A stretch of 64,000 nucleotides of DNA from the human T2T-CHM13v2.0 reference genome, Homo sapiens. The DNA lies in NCBI RefSeq assembly GCF_009914755.1, contig NC_060934.1; one strand, 5' to 3'. The notes under the pieces are model-generated. The model did no database searches. It saw only the letters and a list, made by a program, of their open reading frames with translations, and was not told where the DNA came from. Numbering within the stretch: the stretch's first letter is position 1; each line of letters begins with the position of its first letter. Below, one piece after another: positions 20,193 through 35,275 of the stretch. Position numbers and translations under genes: made by a program.

Positions 20193-20493
20193 GGCCGGGC
20201 ACGGTGGTTAACGCCTGTAATCCCAGCACTTTGGGAGGCCGAGGTGGGTGGATCACGAGGTCAGGAGATCGAGACCATCCTGGCTAACATGGTGAAACCC
20301 CGTCTCTACTAAAAATACAAAAATTAGCCAGGCATGGTGGCGGGCATCTGTAGTCTCAGCTACTAGGGAGGCTGAAGCAAGAGAATGGCGGGTGAACCCA
20401 GGAGGCAGAGCTTGCAGTGAGCCGAGATCACGCCACTGCACTCCAGCCTGGGTGACAGAGCAAGACTCCGTCTCTGAAAAAAAAAAAAAAAAA
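20193..20493 (+). mobile_element. AluY
   Basis: gatcacgaggtcaggagatcgagaccatcctggctaac; TSD ggaacatct/ggaacacct. Confidence 0.96.
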
Positions 20494-20827
20494 ACGGAAC
20501 ACCTGGAGGACAGAGCCTATCTGCTGTTGATCTAGGTACACACACACCTTCCCCTCACTGGACCAGATCATTCCAAGGCATAAAGGAGTTAATCAATACA
20601 ACACTGTTGAATAAATAAAAGAAATAAAATACAATATAATAAAATTATCTTTGGATGACCATGAAGTCTGTTGTGCTCACTGCTCTGTTTAAAAACACAG
20701 TTACTGAGCACTAGCTATATGCTAAGTCTTGTACTTGGGGCCATGGGTACCTTGCAGATGTCTAAGACTTGCCTGAGGTCATAGTCCCCAATTTTTGGCA
20801 TAGGCAGGTTTTCTGAGCATAAAGTAC

Positions 20828-21266
20828 TGAAACCTCCCCAATAGTCCCATAGACACTTCTTTTGGATAAAAATAGGAATTGGCCCTTCCTGTCTTAAAGC
20901 TTGAAACTTAACATTTGTTTCATCTGAGTTCCCTCCTCAGGAAAGGCCCTGGAAGCCTCTCAAAAAGTATCAAAGAAGTAAAACTCACTAGCTCATTGCA
21001 TTCAGACAATGAGATGCCAGGCCTCTCATTTTATCTCCTTACCCTTCCCTAGTTCCTGTTTTCCAACACAGTTACATTTCTTCCCTGCTATGTTAAACCC
21101 CTAACTTTAGTGAGTCAGGGAGATGGATTTGAGACTCATCTCCCATCTCCTCAGCTCTAGCACCCGGTTAAAGCCTTCTTCCTTGGCAATAATAGTTGTC
21201 TCAGTGATTGGCTTTCTGTGCAGTGACCAGAAGGGCTGAGATTGGATCCCTGGTGTTTTGGTAACA
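20828..21266. mobile_element. ERV1 solo LTR, MER39/MER34-group
   Basis: TG...CA ends; reverse end reads tgttaccaaaacaccagggatcc..cagaaagccaatcactgagacaac; 4-bp TSD gtac/gtat. Confidence 0.8.
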
Positions 21267-21502
21267 GTATGAGCTGGTGCAGGAGAAAGTCAGTTTGTGC
21301 TAGGCCACCTAGTTTCCCTCAAGCAAGGCTGTGCTAGACAACTCAGAACCATAAGGCTTTCTCTTCCTGAGCCCTGTCCTCTACCCACCCAGGCCTGTCC
21401 CACTCCTCCTCTGTATTAACATACCTATGGAGGTTTCCCAAACTCTTGAGTATGGGCACTGTGAGCTGTTCAAAAGTCCTACCGAGGTTTCATATATGAC
21501 AC

Positions 21503-21580
21503 ATTATATATTATATTATATTATATTATATTATATTATATTATATTATATTATACTATGTTATATTATATATTATAATA
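21503..21580. repeat. (ATTAT)n pentanucleotide microsatellite
   Basis: Direct inspection. Confidence 0.95.
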
Positions 21581-21668
21581 TGAAGTATTATACATATTTT
21601 TCCACCTTATTCTCTGTTCTCTAAATTACATTTTCAGTAAGGTATGTGTCATTCCTATTAAAGTACTA

Positions 21669-21995
<327 letters not shown>

Positions 21996-22120
21996 TTAAA
22001 ATAAATAAAATTACCAGTTTCTAATATATCACATACCTGAAGTAGTCACACCAGTATATGACATATGGCAAATGACTATTAGGCGTATATTTTAGAAATA
22101 TATTATGTATCTGTGGGTAT

Positions 22121-22160
22121 AGTGTGTGTGTGTGTGTGTGTGTGTGCATGCGTGTGTGTA
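22121..22160. repeat. (TG)n microsatellite
   Basis: Direct inspection. Confidence 0.95.
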
Positions 22161-22165
22161 TACGC

Positions 22166-22492
22166 ATGGTCATCTCTCAGTACCTGGAGGGGATTTTTTC
22201 CAGAATCCCCCATGAATACTAAAATCCGCAGATGCTCAAATTCCTGATAGAAGATGGTGTAGTAGTTGCATATGACTTACTGACCTTCTCCTTGGTATAT
22301 TTAAAATCATTCCCAGATTACTTGTAACACCAAATAAAATATAAATATTATGTAAATAATTGCTATACTGTATTTTTTTACTTGTATTGGTGATAGTGTT
22401 GTGTTGTTTTTAAATTTTTTTCCCCCAACAGTTTTGATCCAAGATGGGTTGAATTAACAGATCTAAAACCCACAGATAGGGAAGGCTGACTA
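22166..22492 (+). mobile_element. MER2 (TcMar-Tigger)
   Basis: aaaatccgcagatgctcaa..ggtgtagtagttgcatat..cccacagatagggaaggctgact resembles MER2. Confidence 0.85.
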
Positions 22493-22508
22493 TATGTATA
22501 TATATATA

Positions 22509-22842
22509 TAGTCATGTATCACTTAATGAGGTGGATGAATTCGGAGAAACATGACCTTAGGTGAGTTTCTCATTGTGTGAACATAATACAGTATACTTAC
22601 ACAAACCTCGAAGGTATAGCATACTACTTATGTAGGCATAAGGTACACCCTATTGTTCCAAGACTGCAAATCCATACAGCATGTTACTGTGTTGAACACT
22701 GTGGGCAATTGTAACATCATGGTATTTGTGTATCTAAATATGTCTAAACAAAAGAGATACAGGAAAAATACAGTATAATTTTATGGGACCACTATTGTAT
22801 ATGGTGTCATTGACTGAAATGGCATTACGCAGTGCATGACAG
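22509..22842. mobile_element. Tigger3a (MER7A)
   Basis: TIR-like ends agtcatg.../...gtgcatgac; internal tacttacacaaacct and cagcatgttactgt; TA flanks. Confidence 0.85.
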
Positions 22843-23461
22843 TATGCATCCTTCAGTGAAATTCATCTTAAGATTGAGAAGCCAGCAGGTCATTCGCGCC
22901 ACACTTTCCCAGATTTCACCCAAGTAGACTGCTCCTTCAGAAGGGAAGCCTGATACTAATGGGATGTGATGCCATTTTTTAAATTAACCCTTTCCACTAA
23001 GTTTGAAAAGGACATTCTTCTTAGACTGGGCCATCAGTAACAATGCCCCTTCATGGAGAGAAAAGCATACTGAACCTGAGCTTCCACAGTCTAGGGCAAC
23101 CTGCTCCTCAGGCCCTGCAGGCATGTTCTTTCCACTGTGCAGGTGGAGAGTTATGACTGCGTAAGCCTCTGTCCCAGTGAGACAAAACTGCATTATCTAT
23201 TAAATTTCTAATATGCAGACTATACTTTATATGGAAAATGCACTGCAGAAAAAAATGCTGGCTTTTACTCTTATACATGGAGATCCATTAGAGAAATCTA
23301 TCAGGGAAGTATGAAGTTGCTCAGAGTCACAGAGATTCTGATGAAGGGTTACAGAATTGAAGCAATATAGTAGGTGCGGGCTCCTTAATGCACAAAAAAT
23401 TATACTTTTATTAAGTCCCCTACCAAACTTCCCACACTTTCAGTTACATCCCTGTAACCAG

Positions 23462-23585
23462 GGACTATATCCAGAACTGGAAGCTTAGTTTTCAGGCTTC
23501 AGGCTGTCTTGTGGCTTGAAGGTTGGGTTTCATTGGGGGCTTGTCCCTATCTGCCTAGGAATTTGTTGGCCTTCTACTACTATCA
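23462..23585 (-). mobile_element. 5' piece of an LTR27/LTR28/MER52-like ERV1 LTR (inverted)
   Basis: Reverse complement reads tgatagtagtagaagg..caaattcctaggcagatagggac..ccttcaagcc..gacagcctgaagcctgaaaac. Confidence 0.65.
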
Positions 23586-23734
23586 CAATAATTTTTCAAA
23601 TGAATAGGTACAAATCCCTTAGCGTAGAGGAGCTCCTTGAATACCAGCATGACTGGGCAGTTGGGCTACCACGGGTCTAAAATCATGGATGGGAAGCTCC
23701 TCCGAGACCCAATATGTTTTTCTCTTTCTACCTA

Positions 23735-24536
23735 CGGCCTGCACCTCCCCCATTTTGAGCCTATAAAAACCCTGCCCTCAGCCACACGTTGGGACTACCC
23801 GCCTTCTGGTAGGGACTACCCACTTTGGGTCTCCTCTCCACTGAGAGCTGTTCCGTCACTCAATAAAACTCTTCTTGGATGCAGGACAAGAACCTGGGAC
23901 CCACCCAACAGCGAGTGAGAAAGGAGCTGTAATACTGTAGCCTTCCTGTCCTCTGTTGGCGCCAGGCAGCTGCCCCACACAACGGGAAGTAGCAGTGGCG
24001 CTGGGCCAGCCTAGGAGGCATGGGCTAGAGCAGAGCAGTGGGACTGAACGAGCTGTAACACGAATGAGGTGAAACCCACCCCCACCCTGTTTGCTGCACT
24101 GTGGCTGGTGGGAAGGAGAGAAGAGCTATGACCCTTCTGGGGGCCTAGACCTCGGCTCCCCAAGCCAGGGCTGTGTTATGCTGTAACACCCCCTTTGCAG
24201 TTCCATGATTGCTGGTGTCCCCGAGTTTTTAAGGCGCCACCGCATTCCCCTCGTCCAGACACCAGCGCCCAAGGCGGAGGCCCCTTGTCATACACCTGGT
24301 CCAGCCACAGCCTTGCACAGAGCCAATGCTGGAGCTGCCCACCCCATCACAGCAGCTGGCGCACCTGGCTTGCCCTTGGCAGGCATGAGATATCAACCAG
24401 TAGTATGAGCTGAGTGCAGCCTGATGGGCTAAGTGGGCAGAGCAAGCCCTGTGGGCACAAGCAAAACTCAAGCAGAGGCACTGCCGGCTGTGGAGGTCTC
24501 TGGCTGGCGAAGAGGCACTGAAAAAATCCTGTATCA
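23735..24536 (+). mobile_element. LTR27/LTR28/MER52-like ERV1 LTR, 3' portion
   Basis: TATA-like cctataaaaacc, aataaa signal, repeated gagctgtaacac, terminal aaaaatcctgtatca. Confidence 0.8.
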
Positions 24537-24676
24537 TTTCCATACTCTATATGTGTGAAGCAATACAGTGTGAATCCCAAAGATAAGGGTGTGCATGAGT
24601 GTGGGTATGCATGCCTGTGCTGCTGGTGAGCTGCAGGACCACCATGGAAGGGAAGTTAGTAAAGGAATGTTGCCCT

Positions 24677-25117
24677 GGGCCAGGCGCGGTGGCTCATGCC
24701 GGTAATCCCAGCATTTTGGGATGCTGAGGCCAGCCGGCAGATCACCTGAGGTCGGAAGTTCAAGATCAGCCTCACCAACATGGAGAAACCACGTCTCTAC
24801 CAAATATACAAAAAAATTAGCCAGGCGTGGTGGCGCATGCCTGTAATCCCACCGTTTTGGGTGGCTGAGGCCTGCAGATCACCTGAGGTTGGAAGTTCAA
24901 GATCAGCCTGACCAAGATGGAGAAACCCCATCTCTATCAAAAATACAAAAAAATTAGCCATGCGTGGTGGCGCATGCCTGTAATCCCAGCTACTCGGGAA
25001 GCTGAGGCAGGAGAATGGCTTGAACCCGGGAGGCAGAGGTTGCGCTGAGCCGAGATGCGCCATTGCACTCCAGCCTGGGCAACAAGACCAAAACTCCGTC
25101 TCAAAAAAAAAAAAAAA
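24677..25117 (+). mobile_element. AluSp-like trimer (left-left-right)
   Basis: Two left monomers, each with the Sp motif atggagaaacc, followed by one right monomer and tail. Confidence 0.93.
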
Positions 25118-25919
25118 GTTTCCCTGGTAGAGAGCCTCGTTCTGCAGACCTAGAGGCTGTGCTGATTGTTCTGCAAAGAGACTTCCAGTCTCACTTCTGC
25201 TCCAATAAACTCACAGGTCAGTGAGACAGTGCATAAACACAACCTATCATACAGGTTAGCAAAAGAATCTGGCTGACTAAAAGAATTGGTCTATAAAGAA
25301 AGTAAAGCTCTGGCCTGCCTGGAGATAAAGCCCAGCGCATCACTAAAGGAAACAGAGAAGAAAGAGAGAAAGCAAGCAGTGCATATCACCAGGAACCTTC
25401 CTGCCAGGAAAAAGTGGGTGGGACAGCAGTAGCAGGCATCATGCTTAAATAACACGGTAATTATTAGCTCCATTTATCTACATACCTCCAAAGCGAGCTC
25501 TCTGTGATGCTCCCCAGGTTATAGTCATAGAGCTTTGTCAAAATGAGAATCACCTGAAGGCAAAAGAAGAAATCATGGTTAGTCTCAAACAATTACAATC
25601 TCTTAGAACTGAAATGGCCCAAGGGAGGGCTTAGGATTCCTTTAATAGTCACTTAACATAATTGAATGAATTGTTACAGCATTTGCCGCACTGACTGGGG
25701 AAAGGTTGGCTTGTCTTTCTGCCTTCCACTGAATTGCTTAGGCCTATCCTCTCCCCAGCTTTCTCCCTGTCACCCTGCAGCAAGGGTTACCTGCTCCTGC
25801 AGGCATTTCTTTCCCTAGTGGGTTTAGCGCTTTTAGGGAAGGCTGGCAGAGCTGCCAAATATGCACACAACTCAGGTACTCACTGAGCAGATGCCTGGGA
25901 GAAAGGAAGGTCAATGATT

Positions 25920-26449
<530 letters not shown>

Positions 26450-28649
26450 TAGCATAGGATTCTTAAATGTTAATTCCTTCCCTTTGCTCTATGTGAGCTT
26501 GGTTTTAACTTTCTTCTGACTTCCAATTTCTAGGAAAGCCATTAAATAGAAGCCACATTGGCAGGGCTAAACGACAGCATTTTAACGAGCAAATCTATTT
26601 CATGGGGTCCAGATAATTACCGTGTAATATATTTCTTATGGAACCCTCCATAAGAAACAGAGAAAATCAAAAATTAGGAACAGGTCTCAGGAAAGAAGCC
26701 GTAGAATTGTGGAATGCTAAATTTAAGCTATATTCGCTCCACAGCAAATCCTCCTCCGAAATAGAAAGCAGCACTATTTCCAACTTTACCCAGAGGAACC
26801 TAAACTATTTCATTCTTTCAGAATTCAACGAACATTTATTAAACATTTATTAGGAGCCCAGGATTTTGTCTGACGCCAGAAGAGAACACAAAGAAAAACA
26901 GATTCCGTCTATGAGTCCGTGATCCAGTTAGGACAGAAGCGCTCATGAAAGAAAAGGGAAGTTGATAAAGAGCTATATACCCCTTCTCAGTCACACCAAA
27001 ACCCTTCCCGTCACAGCTGCTCCGGAAGACAGCTTCTTTTGGTGTCTGCAGCAATGAACAGAGTCCACCTGGTTATTTGAAATACATGAGCCCAAGCACA
27101 CTTGCGAAGATTCCACAGAGCAGTGTGTGTTCCTAACCACTGATTTCTCCACCTTTTACTTGCTCTTCTTACATAAGGGAAAAACATTATGGGTTTGCTC
27201 AGTTTTCTGTCGAAGTTCGTATTTTCCTCCTGGTACTCATAACCTAGAACATTTGGCCCAGCCCAGCTGTTTCCAACTCAGCAGAAAAATGTTGACATTG
27301 ATTTCCTGAATTCTTCTCTGAAGGCCAAGGGATCAGTTCTAGCCACAGTAAGCATAGAACATTCTAACCTTAAATTCCGGGGCTGTAAGCTGCTGAGGAA
27401 TGCTGAGTCCAAGTTCCACTCTACTAGCACAGCGTTTGATTTACTGAAGGCACAAGCATCAGTGAACACATTCTTAACTTTTTAATTTCACAGCAAGCAA
27501 ACTGGAACTCCCTGACCTTAGGTTTGTTCTGAGTTCAAGGAAAAAAAAATTACAGTAACTTAAAAACAGGCAGAGATCCCTGAGTACCTGTCATCTAAGG
27601 CCGCCCCTCTCCTAAACTACAGCACAGCTTCCTTCCTTCCTTCCAGGTCCTGTTCAAAACTTGCTTCTTTAGCAAAATGTGAGCATGTGTGAGGTGCGGG
27701 GCACCCCATGGACACATCAGATGGCATGCCTGTGGTGGGGGCATATGCTTAACAGATCCATGTGCCAATTAAGTCGCTCTCAGTGCTAAATTTCAATCAC
27801 CGCCATCCCAGGAACGCTGATCAGTGGCAGCAGGGTGGCTGTTTGTTTGAAGACACAGAATGATGTTCCTACTCCACCTCAGTACAATTTTGCCGAATAA
27901 GCCTATAAATCCCCCACCAAGAAAATAGGGGTGTGGGCATAAAGCATTTCTAGGTAGTTGCTCTCCTGATACAAGACCGCAGTAAACTAAATAATGAAGT
28001 TCAGCTGGTCACAGGCTGTGTCTCCCATTCTTGTGATGAGGGAATTCAAAGGTGCCCCGGAGAAGGAACCCTTTAACCCAGCATGTGATGGTGTGGAGCC
28101 ACTTGCACAAGCACACAGAAATTGTTTAAGCAATCCCAGGGCAGGCGGGCAGGGAGGTAGAAACCGCTCCCTGCCTCTTCTTGCAGGGCTAGTAAAACTG
28201 AAATGCCAGTGATACACTCAGGCAGTTTATCAACACAGCACCAGAAGTAGAGTCCTTTATGACATTTGAAAGCATATCTGCTTGAATCAATCTATTTAAT
28301 CTTTCTGTTTTCAGAACAAGAGCAAGAAAGAAGGCACAACTGCTAACCTTTAGTTTTCAATCGATTATTTGAGATTTCTTTTTCTTTTTTCCCTTCACTG
28401 CCTCTGTGCATTATTTACCATCTTATTACTGAACAACGATGCATCCTTATGTTAGATATGTTTTGCTGTTTGTTTGCTTTTCTGTGACAGCAATACTATT
28501 TCACAAATCAGTTTCTGTTAAGGGATCCAGAGCCAAAATCACTACATTTAAATGAGAAAATGTGAAAAAATGAAATTGCCTCCCTATTCTGGTTTTATTC
28601 TCTGTTGTTTTTGTTGTATTTTTCAAACTCAAAATGGGGCAAAATGAAG

Positions 28650-28790
28650 CTGTTTTGTTTGCTTTCGTTTTTGTTTTGAGATGGGAGTCTCGCTCTATTG
28701 CTCAGTCTGGTCTCAACTTCTGGGCTCAAGGGATCCTCCCACTTTAACCTCCTTAGTAGCTGGGAGTGAGGTGCAGGACACTGCGTCCAG
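28650..28790 (-). mobile_element. Free Alu monomer (FLAM-like)
   Basis: Single monomer of about 130 bp: ctgggctcaagggatcctccc.. Confidence 0.8.
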
Positions 28791-29312
28791 CTTTCAGTGG
28801 AACTTTTCAATTAAGTGAAATGTTGTATGTGCTTAAATAATATACACATAATTTATTTTTATTCATTCAGCACACAATTTTCATGTATAGAAAAACTGAG
28901 TTCAAGTGTAGAGTATTCAAGTTCAATCAAAAAGCAAAGCTGTTTTGATGAACACATATACATCTCAAAATGCATATGAACATATATACCCCCACACAAA
29001 GTGGCATATCCATCAGCACCCCATTTATTTCTGTATCTTGTTTTCATTATACAGTGTTAAAACATCCCTGATTCAAAACAAGTGGTCACAATATGGTACT
29101 AGCTTTTTAAGGTTCCTCTCTAAATCTTAGGATATTATCTTTAAATAGCTATGACCCAAATTATCTAAGACTTGATAACCTCCACCTATGCCATACCAGG
29201 ACCTCTGCATCCAGTTATTTCTGGGATTTCCACAGTGACATGCTTCAAGTATCCCCCTCGCCAGTCTAGGACTTGCTGTCAGCACATGACATTTGTACTT
29301 CTTTCACTGTGA

Positions 29313-29683
<371 letters not shown>

Positions 29684-30558
29684 GTCCATACTTAGAGAGA
29701 GGATGCCAGTGCCCACTCACCAAGCTGCTGTTCTCAAATCACCCATTCCTTGGAGGGTAGAAGGGTGCCAGAAACAGTGCCAGGTCAGGTTCTGTGCAGG
29801 AATGGGAGAGGGTCCAAGGGAGTGGGCAAGGGCTTCTTCTCCCACAGCACTGAGCCACATTTTCATAACCCGGGCTCCCAAACTATTAGTGACCCTTTGC
29901 TCAGGCCCTTACAAAGCTCCTACTGAATAATTCCATCAACTCTAGCCCTCACTCCTTCTGGATAGGGAGTTGAGAAACCATCACAAAGGACTCTGTGAGA
30001 GGAGAATGTCAATTACATTCCTCCCTTCTAGCCCCAACCTCTTTCTGCACTGGGTTACAGAACAAAAGCATTCACAAACAGATGCTGGTATATGGATGAC
30101 TAATAAGACTGTTCCACTGTAAATTACCAAAAGTCCATGAAAAATATTCTTTTGTATCAAAACAGTAGGGCAAAAAGCCTTATTTACAGGTATGCATTGA
30201 AATGAACTAACCTGCCAGCAGCATAAGACAGGCAGTCTCTCCTATGCCAATTATCAGTCATGTAACACCTTTGACTATGACAGCATGGTTTTATTATTAA
30301 CATAAAATATAATTTAGAAGTGAAACTCCAAACATTTAAGGAACCTGAGAACACCTTCCTGGTAATCTGGTTCTACATACAGCAACTTTTGAAAACTTGT
30401 GTATTAACTAAGTAGTAGATGGTAGAGAACCAAAATTTTTCTATGCTTTTCTAAACAGAAACACAGGAATTTTCCATTTCTTTTCTTAAAAACAAAAACA
30501 TAGCGTCTTCCTCTCTTCATTTACTAAAGAATTCACCCCACAGAAAGTGCGATGGAAG

Positions 30559-31009
30559 TGAGGCAGGAGACTGGAGGAACTTATTTCCTGGTCCTGGCAG
30601 GGTGAAATGAAGAAACCTGCAGAACTAGCAGATGACAGCAAAGGCAATCTCTAGTTGCCCTCACTGCTCTCCTTAGCGTAAGACACTCCCACCAGTGCCA
30701 TGACAGTTGAGAAGTTCCATAGCAACACCTGGAAGTTACCACTCCTTTTCTAGAGATTTGTGAATAGCCCACCCCATAATTTGCAAGTTATTAAAAGTGG
30801 GTATAAATATTGCTAGCAAACAGCCCATACACTGCTACTCTGGGCTCTGGGTTAGCCCTGCTCTGGAAGGAGTTGCCACTCTGCTATACATTGCCACTTA
30901 ACAAACCTGCTTTCTTCTACCATCAGCTCACTCTTGAATTCTTTCCTGAGTGAAGTCAAGAACCCTCCCAAGCTAAGCCCCAATTGTGGGGTTCACCTGC
31001 TTTGCATCA
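30559..31009 (+). mobile_element. ERV1 MER4-group solo LTR (MER66/MER41-like)
   Basis: TG...CA ends; gacactcccaccagtgccatgacagtt, TATA gtataaata, gaattctttcctgagtgaag; TSD-like gaag/ggag. Confidence 0.8.
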
Positions 31010-31098
31010 GGAGGTTGGGGGGGTGTCAGTGGATTTGTAAGGATACTTAGCCTGCCTACTGCTCATCCAAGGATGTCTTAGAAAATGGGGACATATCA

Positions 31099-31420
<322 letters not shown>

Positions 31421-32035
31421 AAATGGGGACATATCTCTTCACTCTTCAATTAATAATAATTTGCATTCTTGTTTTCCTCTATGTCCAACTGTGGAAGCAG
31501 TATCAAATCTCAAAAGAAACAAAAGTATGGGCTTAGGATTAGAGTACACAATCCCAAAATGTCTTCCATTCCTTATGGTCTATATTTCCAAATCCTGAAT
31601 AATGTAGATGATGACTAGGTCCTAGTCTATAAAACAGCACTATTTCTTTTGTATTTCTCTCAACCACTAGTGATTCAGGGATGGCATGGGCTGGTGCTTC
31701 GTGTGACACATGGGAAGACTCCACAGCACTTAGCCATACTAATGGTCATAATTGCTCTTGCCTGGGGTGGGCCATAGTCTGGCTTGGGTGAGCAAGGGAA
31801 CAACCATATTGAAGATGCCAGCATGTTGGGCGGTGCTGATGCTGGCCACCTTTGTCCTGCTCCCACCATCTTACAGCAGGCCTTAGTGTTTTTTCATTGT
31901 CCAAGCTCCGATAGCTACCTCTCTGCTTATTTCAGCAGCTTGCTGGAGACCAATTGTTTAGACGTATTTACAGATCCTGAGGAAAGCAAATATGGGGGAA
32001 GAGAATAATAAGGAGCCTGAAGAGATTTGGAATAA

Positions 32036-32406
<371 letters not shown>

Positions 32407-32544
32407 AGAAATTTGTTTTTGATTGTTTTCTTTGCACTCCAATTTTAGGGAAAAGCAGCAAACTCACAGCACTAGTTTTCTTCAAAATATGCATGTTCCA
32501 GATTGTGTGTCTTTGGCTAAGTATTTATTTGACTTTCCAACTTA

Positions 32545-32697
32545 AACAGAGGTTCTCATTCTTTTGGGGACCCAAGAATCCTTTAAGAATATAATCTGAT
32601 ACAACTTATGGGCATAAAACAATAAATATAACTTTAATAATATTACTCATCTCTTGAATCCTGGGGGGGGGCCATACATCCAAGAATAAGAACTTCC
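32545..32697. mobile_element. hAT-Charlie-like MITE remnant
   Basis: cagaggttctc.../...aagaact ends and a ggggaccc..ctttaagaat..tctgat motif; subfamily uncertain. Confidence 0.35.
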
Positions 32698-32759
32698 ATA
32701 ATTTTCAGAAAACAAGAGCTTTCTTTAGAAGAACTTTCAGCTCCAAAATTCTGCAGATT

Positions 32760-33230
32760 TAATTTAATAAACATTTATTAAGCTTTGTTAAAAGGCAATA
32801 ATTTAAAAATACATGCTGTGAGGATACAAAACAAGGAATGATATTTGATATGAGTCTCTGAAAGCTCAGTCTTAGGAGAGGCAGACCCATACACAGGTAC
32901 TCACGAAATATGAGGAAAAAAGATGTGAAGCAGGAGGGAAGTGTTTCTATCTTTCAAGGAGCAAGTAAGAGAGATGTAATCAAGAGATATTTCTTAGAAA
33001 AGGATGCATTTAAGACAAATCCCAGAAGATGAGTGTGATTCTGATGAAGACGAGAGGTATACAAAGGGTACTGCAAGGAAAGGAACTGAGGGAGAAAGCT
33101 CAGAGAGCATTAAGAAAAGGTCAAGTCTTCTGGTTTACCTAAAGGTTAGAGTATGAGCAGGGACCCAACACAATATCAGAATACAGAGATAGGCTTTGGC
33201 ACTATTGTGGAGGACCTTAAATATTAGGCT
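32760..33230 (-). mobile_element. L2 remnant
   Basis: aataaacatttattaagc..gaggatacaaa..ttgtggaggaccttaaat. Confidence 0.55.
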
Positions 33231-33295
33231 GGTAGTGTGCTCTGCTCAAAACAGAAAAGGCTTTGGAACCAGAAGACGACCAGATTTTGATTTTT

Positions 33296-33895
<600 letters not shown>

Positions 33896-33929
33896 AAGAC
33901 CAGATTTTGAGTCCTGGTTTAGCCACCAG

Positions 33930-34470
33930 ATCTAGTAGAATGCCGTTTGCAGCAAGAAACAGAATGCTAATAGTGACTCAAGCAATAAGTGGTTCATTAT
34001 GTCATATAGCAGGAAGTCCAGAGTTTACGCAGTTCCAGGACTAATTTAGCCCAACAATGTCATCAAGGACCTAAGCAATGTCCACGTGTCCCCTCTGACA
34101 GTGTCAGCACTCAGTGCTACTTACCCTCATGTTTGCAAAGTGGTCATAACACTTCTTTTCATCACCTGAAGATGTGGCTATACTCAGCAGAGTAAAGAAA
34201 GGCCTCTGGTGTATACATGGGTTTTTGTGGTTTTTGTTGTATTTTTTTCTACCTAGGGAAGAAACTCTTTCCCAAAAGCCCTGCCGGCAAAACTCCCTTT
34301 ACCCTCACCAACCAGGATCCTGCCACATGCCCACATGCAGTTCAATAAAGATGGAGAAAACAAGGAACTGGTATTTCCACTTGACATTTTCTATGATCAG
34401 AGGTGGGTTCTGCCAGCAAAGAAAGAGTGGGGAATGGCTGCTGAGTAGCAAATACTAGGGTGTACCACTG
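33930..34470. mobile_element. MLT1 (J/K-like) MaLR LTR remnant
   Basis: tgcagcaagaaacagaa..aatagtgactcaagcaa..ggaagtccaga..aatgtcatcaaggacc. Confidence 0.6.
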
Positions 34471-34519
34471 TGTGATTTTCAGTAAGTCGCCTGAGTCCTG
34501 AACTAACTTGTAGCGTCTA

Positions 34520-34680
34520 TTTGATGTCTACTCTGTGTGCCAGATATCATAATTAAGAAATTTCAATTATCTGATTGTTTTATGATGATGAAATTGAGCC
34601 ACAGAGAAGCTAAGTAAGTTAAATTACTAAGCCAGTAATTTGAAGTCTAAGTCACATCACATATGGAATCCTAATCCCTG
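34520..34680 (-). mobile_element. MIR
   Basis: gatgatgaaattgagccacagagaagctaagtaa. Confidence 0.6.
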
Positions 34681-35244
34681 TGCTAAACTTTCCTCTCTGG
34701 TATCCTGTCTAATATGGGTATGATGATTACTAGAGGCAAGGCAGAACCACTGAAATGCCCTCGCTTTCTGTTCATTTCAAAAACATTTATTGGAGCCCTG
34801 TTACCTGTCAGACATGGTACTAGTCACAAACCCTTCTCTCACTCTGCCTTCTTCTAGACATTGCTGGAATATATTTTCCTGATCATAGACATGCTTGAGT
34901 TTTTACTCTTTACTGACCTCAAGTCAATGGCATTTTGTGGTCATTTTAAAATTTAATTATTACGTTTTTTAAAGTTTTGAACCCTGGTAAAATCCTCTTC
35001 AGGAACTGATCCTTCCATTTAAATTACTGGAGAACTTGGCTGCTGCCGGATCAGGGGTTCCTGACAGCGAACGCACATGCAGCTAACCGCAGATTTCCAC
35101 AGATGGTTTTACAGTATCATCATTTAGATTTAAGTGAATGCATAATTACACTCTTTTTGAGTTATCAAAGGGGAAAGAAATCAATAATGGCTAAGCTGGA
35201 TCAAGGTGCTCCAGAGGAGAGTTGAAAGGGTGATAGAAATACAT

Positions 35245-35275
35245 ATGCACGCACACACCACACACACTCACACAC
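35245..35275. repeat. (CA)n-rich tract
   Basis: Direct inspection. Confidence 0.7.
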
